NCBI RefSeq assembly: GCF_009914755.1
Contig: NC_060932.1
Length of the DNA stretch: 64,000 bases
Direction: 5' to 3' (one strand)
Source of the DNA: the human T2T-CHM13v2.0 reference genome, Homo sapiens
This document shows positions 57,705-64,000 of this stretch, in pieces. Both the position numbers and the translations under genes were made by a program. The notes beneath the pieces were generated by a model. That model made no database searches and was not told the DNA's origin. It worked only from the letters and a program-made list of their open reading frames with translations. Every line of letters starts with the position of its first letter. Position 1 is the first letter of the stretch.

Positions 57705-59068
57705 ATTCTATCGTTTGCTTATTTTTTTTTTTCTGAAAGGAAAATAAAGCAGTGATTTCAGTGCAGTGTCTGATTTTCTGTAAGGAACATGAGAAAAGTG
57801 AGTCCAAAGAGCATTACATAAGCTAGCGTGGTATTCAGTGCGTATCTGAGCGGACACGGACGGGGAGTCCTCGAGCTTTGGAGAGGAAGCAGGCGGCAGG
57901 GCCTCCAGCACACCTGGGGGGCGGCCAACCAGCCCGGCCAGGCCGAGCGCTCCCCGCCTGCACAGTTGCACTCATGTCGGGCCTGAGCTGAGTCGTCCCG
58001 ACAGGATACCTGCGTGGGCCGTGTAGACACAACCCAGGGAGCTCCAGAGTTAATGACCCTCCTGGTTCAGAAGCTCCGTATGTTTTGTGTGAGAAGCGCT
58101 GAGCTGTGACGGAGGGAATGCGGTGGGTCTTCCTGATGGTGCGTGCAGTTCTGAGCCTGGCGGGGTCAGCGGCATGGAACCAGTGGGACGTGGTAAGGCC
58201 AGGCCTGTGGGCGGTTGCCCTGTGTGGGCCGGGCCAGCTTGAAGTCCGCTGAGGGCTGGAGCCAGCCCCTGACCCTGGCCAGCCTGCTTGCTGCAGGAGT
58301 GATAAGAAAGTCGACTCATGCTTTGTTCTCAAGCACTTGACTCAGCAGGCCCGTGGGAAGCAGCCCACACGAGAGGCCCTGACCCACGTCCAGCTGCCTC
58401 CACGGAAGCCGCGGTTTCGTGGCTTTCTGTCGTTTGTGTGGGCTCTGCATTCAGCCAGCAGAGGCACTTCTTGCAGAGCGGGGCTGAGGAGAATTCCTTT
58501 CTCTGGAAGCTGTGGTCCTGTGTTATGTAGAATAGGTCACTTTTCAGCTGCAGCTGGAGTCTAAACGAGCGTCATAGGTGCCCAGCGCTGCACGGCGGCG
58601 CAGCGCTGCATTCGTGGTCCCGAATCCGGGGTCTGCGGAGGAAGAACGCGCGGCGAGGCCCGGGGAGGCTGCTGGGACGGCGGCAGGCACCCTGCTCCTG
58701 GAATGGCGTTTAGACATGCAGGTTTCTCCATGATTTAATAGGAAGGAATGAAAGGTGCAGCGTTTTGCCAGCTGATGAAAATATCTGGGGAGCGAGTCAT
58801 AGGTAGCGGTAGCAAGAAGGAGAGGGTTAGGTTCTCCAGTGTGCAGGCTCCGAAGTGTTCTCTGCCAGCCGTCAGAGGGCTGCAGTTTGGAGGCAGCTCC
58901 CGCTTGCTCTAAAGAGCCACTTCCCCGCTCCGTTCTGTCTGCAGACGGCCCCAGAGGGCAAGGACTCCTGGTGACAAGAGGAGTATCAGACGAAGGCAGG
59001 GGAGGGAGGCTGTGTGCGCGCACCTGTAATCCTGGGAGATTTCCACTGCAATCCGCAGGCATGCGTGG

Positions 59069-59152
59069 CAGGCGGCTCATTTCCCGTGGGGCTCAGGCGG
59101 CTCATTTCCCGTGGGGCCCAGGCGGCTCATTTCCCGTGGGGCCCAGGCGGCT
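59069..59152. repeat. 25-bp tandem repeat x3 (CAGGCGGCTCATTTCCCGTGGGGCC)
   Basis: Directly visible. Confidence 0.88.
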
Positions 59153-59977
59153 GTCCTTGGTGGGCGCTTGACTCCTGGGCGTGGCTTCTGTCCAGCATCC
59201 AGGCTGCCAGGAGCCTCCGGGGGCCGTGCAAACACCTGCGAGCACCTTCTTGGTCCCTTGAGGCCTTTCTCTGTTGGCTTAGGTTTAGTGCCCTTTTGTG
59301 CTTATGTGTTTTTTGAATCAAGTTTTTATACTTGATTTAACTTCTATAAAAAGAAACAACCTTTGCACATGAAGAAAATCTACCTGCGGCCATATGACAA
59401 GCACCGGCAAATCTGGAAATGACCTATTAAGAGACAGGTGTTTCATGAATACCGCTGCGTGCTAAGTACTAAGTGCTCTCACGCCCCAAGGCAGGGTGTG
59501 AACCGCAGAGACCATGTGCTTGCCCTGGGGGGCTGGCACCCTTGTGTTCAGGAAAGATGATTTAAGAAGTAAAGTAATATGATGAAAAGCTGCGGAAAGA
59601 GAAGGCATACACGGGGCTACAAGGTGGAGAAATAAGGCATACACGGGGCTACAAGGTGCGGAGAGGAGGGATTTGAAATTGAATAGGAGCCATGGCAGGC
59701 GAGGCGCCAAGAGAATGGGGTCATTGCCTGAAATGCCACTGGAGCCGAGAGATGAGCTGAGCCCACGTCCACAGAAGCCCATTCCCAGTGGGAGGAACAG
59801 CGTCTGCGCGGCCCTGAGGTGGTGCACCCAGCATGTCCAGGAACAGCAGGTCGGCCAGGGCTGGAGGGCCGAAGGCAAGAGGGGACTGGTGAATGCCAGG
59901 GCAGCGGGGGAACTGCATGGGAAGAAGCCTTGGAGGCTCCGTGTGTCAGAGCGGCTGGAAGGGCCACGGGCCAGACC

Positions 59978-60740
59978 CATGGAGGGACAGTGTGGGAGAG
60001 CCACGGAGGGGCCATGTGACAGAGAGCTGTAGCAGACAGGGTGATGGACATCCATGGAGGGACAGTGTGTGGCAGCCGTGGAGGGACAGTGTGACATCCG
60101 TGGAGGGACAGTGGCAGCCGTGGAGGGACAGTGTGACGGCTGTGGAGGGACAGTGTGACATCCATGGAGGGACAGTGGCAGCCATAGAGGGACAGTGTGA
60201 CGGCCATGGAGGGACAGTGTGACATCCATGGAGGGACAGTGGCAGCCGTGGAGGGACAGTGTGTGATGGCTGTGGAGAGACAGTGTGACATCCGTGGAGG
60301 GACAGTGTGACGGCCGTGGAGGGACAGTGTGACATCCGTGGAGGGACAGTGTGACGGCCGTGGAGGGACAGTGTGACATCCGTGGAGGGACAGTGTTACG
60401 GCCGTGGAGGGACAGTGTGACATCCGTGGAGGGACAGTGGCAGCCATAGAGGGACAGTGTGACGGCCATGGAGGGACAGTGTGACATCCATGGAGGGACA
60501 GTGTGTGATGGCTGTGGAGAGACAGTGTGACATCCGTGGAGGGACAGTGTGACGGCCGTGGAGGGACAGTGTGACATCCGTGGAGGGACAGTTTGACGGC
60601 CGTGGAGGGACAGTGTGTCATCCGTGGAGGGACAGTGTGACGGCCGTGGAGGGACAGTGTGACATTCGTGGAGGGACAGTGTGACATCCGTGGAGGGACA
60701 GTGTGACGGCCGTGGAGGGACAGTGGCGGCCGTGGAGGGG
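59978..60740. repeat. 20-24-bp minisatellite, ~33 copies (CCGTGGAGGGACAGTGTGAC[AT/GG])
   Basis: Tandem units with alternating AT/GG variants. Confidence 0.95.
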
Positions 60741-61419
60741 CCGTGCACAGTGAGTGGTGAGCGAGTTGGGACGCGAAGGCTGCTCCGTGCTGCTGGGATT
60801 GCTGGTGTCAGCGCCCACTGCAGAGTCCTGTGCTGCGGCTCATGTACTGCTGTGCGGGTCGTGCACTGCTCGCTCCTGGACACCTGCACAGGGTGCTCCT
60901 GATGGAGTCACTTTTCAGTGTGTTGACTTTCACGTCGATGACAGGCAGCTTTTTCTCATTCTCACCATGGGATCCTATGGGGCTGTGGCCCTGGGTCAGG
61001 AGTGCCCTGGAGGGTGGCACATGGCCGGGTGGAATTGGATGGGCTCCCTTCCCGCAGCTGCCTGTGGAAACCAGCACGTTGGCAGGAGGGGAGGGTGGTG
61101 CCCGAGCCTGTGGGTGTGGCCGCTGGGGACTGGGTGTGGGGACAGGAGTCTGTGGAATGCGGTGCTTCCTCCTGACTGTGGGGCTGGAGGAGCAGCGGTG
61201 GGTCGAGGGTGGTTTAGTCCACCCAGGGGGTCCTGTGGCCCCGCTCTGCTAGTGCCTGTCGAAGGGGCAGCTGCAGTCGAATCACCACGCTGCTCCAAGT
61301 GAGTCTCCCAAGGGCTCCAAGGGATGGAGCGTCCGTAGATGCCCGGAGGAGTTGCGGTGGCGGGGGGCGCGTTGTGTCCAAGGCTGTGTCGAGGGTCATG
61401 TGCAACCGCCCTTGCTGTG

Positions 61420-63172
61420 GACAGAGAGACAGGCAGAGGCAGAGACAGAGACAGAGGGAGAGAGAGACAGAGACAGGCAGAGACAGAGACAGAGGCAGAG
61501 GCAGAGACAGAGAGAGACAGAGGCAGACAGAGGCAGAGACAGAGACAGAGGCAGAGACAGAGGCAGAGAGAGACACAGGCAGAGGCAGAGACACAGGCAG
61601 AGACAGAGACAGAGGCAGAGACACAGAGGCAGAGGCAGAGACAGAGAGAGACAGAGGCAGAGACAGAGGCAGAGACAGAGACAGAGACAGGCAGAGGCAG
61701 AGACAGAGGCAGAGAGAGACAGGCAGAGGCAGAGACAGAGAGATAGAGGCAGAGACAGAGGCAGAGACAGAGACAGAGAGAGACAGGCAGAGGCAGAGAC
61801 AGAGGCAGAGAGAGACAGAGGCAGAGGCAGAGGCAGAGACAGAGAGAGACAGAGGCAGAGACAGAGGCAGAGACAGAGAGAGGCAGAGGCAGAGACAGAG
61901 GCAGAGAGAGAGGCAGAGGCAGAGACAGAGGCAGAGAGAGACAGAGGCAGAGGCAGAGACAGAGAGACAGAGGCAGAGGCAGAGACAGAGAGACAGAGAC
62001 AGAGGCAGAGACAGAGGCAGAGACAGGCAGAGAGAGACAGAGGCAGAGACAGAAGGAGAGAGAGAGACAGAGGCAGAGACAGGCAGAGAGAGACAGAGAC
62101 AGGCAGAGAGAGACAGAGACAGAGGCAGAGACAGAAGGAGAGAGAGAGAGACAGAGGCAGAGACAGAGGCAGAGAGAGACAGACAGAGGCAGAGAGAGAC
62201 ACAGAGGCAGAGAGAGACAGAGACAGAGGCAGAGACAGAGGCAGAAAGAGACAGAGACGGAGAGAGAGACAGAGGCAGAGAGAGACAGACAGAGGCAGAG
62301 GCAGAGACAGAAATAGACAGAGGCAGAGAGAGACACAGGCAGAGACAGAGAGAGACAGAGACAGAGACAGGCAGAGAGACAGAGGCAGAGACAGAGACAG
62401 GCAGAGACAGAGGCAGAGAGAGACAGAGACAGAGGCAGAGAGAGACAGAGGGAGGCAGAGACAGAGGCAGAGGCAGAGACAGAAGCAGAGGGAGGCAGAG
62501 GGAGACAGACAGAGGCAGAGACAGAGGCAGAGAGAGACAGGCAGAGACAGAGGCAGAGGCAGAGACAGAGATAGAGGCAGAGAGAGATACAGGCAGAGAC
62601 AGAGACAGAGAGACAGAGACAGGCAGAGAGATACAGAGAGACAGAGGCAGAGAGACAGACAGAGACAGAGGCAGAGAGAGACAGAGGCAGAGAGAGACAG
62701 GCAGAGACAGACAGAGACAGAGACAGAGGCAGAGAGAGACAGGCAGAGACAGAGAGACAGAGGCAGAGACAGAAGCAGAGACAGAGACAGAGGCAGAGAG
62801 AGACAGAGACAGAGGCAGAGAGAGACAGAGGCAGAGGCAGAGACAGAAGCAGAGACAGAGGCAGAGACAGAAGCAGAGGGAGGCAGAGACAGAGGCAGAG
62901 GCAGAAGCAGAGGGATGCAGAGGGAGACAAAGACAGAGGCCGAGACAGAGGCAGAGGCAGAGACAGAGGCAGAGACAGAAGCAGAGACAGAGGCAGAGAC
63001 AGAAGCAGAGGGAAGGCAGAGGGAGACAGAGACAGAGGCAGAGACAGAAGCAGAGACAGAGGCAGAGACAGAGGCAGGTGCAGAAACAGGGACAGAGACA
63101 GAGGCAGAGACAGAGACAGAGACAGAGGCAGGGGCAGAGACAGGGGCAGAGGCAGGGGCAGAGGCAGGGGCA
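61420..63172. repeat. ~1.75-kb purine-rich compound hexamer satellite (GAGACA/GAGGCA)n
   Basis: Almost T-free on the + strand; open in multiple frames as dipeptide repeats. Confidence 0.96.
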
Positions 63173-64000
63173 GGCTGCAGCCCGGGGCCTTCAGCCGCTG
63201 CCACTGCATCCGCCCCAAGCACGGCCCTCACGGCTGCCTCTGGCTCTTCTTTGGCGCCCTGTTACCGCCTCCAAGCCCCCACCCCCAGGATGCTCACCAT
63301 GCTCTCTGGTCTCTTCCCAGCCCTGGGTCAGCCCCCTGTCCATGCCAGGCCCCGGGCAGTCCCCAGGCCGCTGCTGCCCTCATGCCCGGCCCAGCTTGCT
63401 TCCTGAACCCTTTCCAGCAAGCATCTCCTTTCCTGCAGATCCCGGCCCCACTGCCTTCTTTAGGAAGCCCTCCTGGCCGCTGACCCCCATCCCCAGCTCC
63501 CTGTGCTGCTTCCTTGGGAGGGAGTCTTAGCTGGCACTGTGCACCTCAGCCTCCATTGCGACCATGACCCCTCCCCAAGTGTACGGCACACAGCATTGTT
63601 GGGGAGCCGTGTCGGGGCTGCTGGGAGCCCCCCAATGACCACTCCTGCTCGGGGGCACTAGAGGAGAGGAGACAAGCAGACACATGCAGCTCCAGCCCTC
63701 CCGGGGAAGGGTAAGCAGGGCTGGGCTGCCTGCTGCGACTGCAGAGGCCTGGGGCACGCAGCTGTCTGGACACCACCCTCACCCATCGGGGTGGACTCTC
63801 ATGGCACGGACAGTTCTGCCTGGGCAAGTGGATACTGTGGTGGCCGGTCCGGGGCTGCTTGTCCCCTCCCCAGCATGTGGCGCAGAGAGGGTCACACCTG
63901 CTTGGGGCCCAGGCGGGTTGATTCTGACCCGGTTAGCTCGTGACTGACTGTGTTATAAAGCCCTTGCGAGACTGAATGCATTTGCTTCTCTTTTCACTGT

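Noticed and set aside
59462-60889. 475-aa and 356-aa minus-strand ORFs
   Set aside because: Derived from the 22-bp minisatellite
60996-63530. 611-743-aa ORFs on both strands
   Set aside because: Artefacts of a stop-free hexamer satellite; dipeptide low-complexity translations

Overview
Human (primate) genomic DNA, recognisable as subtelomeric chr8p23.3, read on the + strand. It holds the 3' half of CLN8: the end of coding exon 2 (1-288), an 8.66-kb intron, and coding exon 3 (8948-9265, ending in KKRP) with a ~6-kb Alu- and VNTR-containing 3' UTR. A repeat-rich intergenic interval follows, with a nested ERV-LTR cluster (LTR8A containing MIR3674 and a solo LTR7; MER4; THE1) and MIR596 in a CpG island next to a ~39-copy 23-bp minisatellite. 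The window ends with the CpG-island promoter, non-coding exon 1 and start of intron 1 of ARHGEF10. There are ~29 Alus, L1/MaLR/Tigger relics and more than a dozen tandem arrays, which explain essentially all long ORFs in the ORF track. The most notable unexplained structures are: a CLN8 intronic minisatellite carrying 7 perfect heat-shock elements; a candidate alternative last exon of CLN8 that is in frame with exon 2, hosts miR-3674 and could end at the LTR7 poly(A) signal; a candidate CLN8 poison exon; an Alu flanked by a ~163-bp direct repeat; and an L1 with a micro 3' transduction that re-used an Alu target site. Repeat family names and gene identities come from recognising the sequence from memory, not from a database search, and repeat boundaries are approximate.
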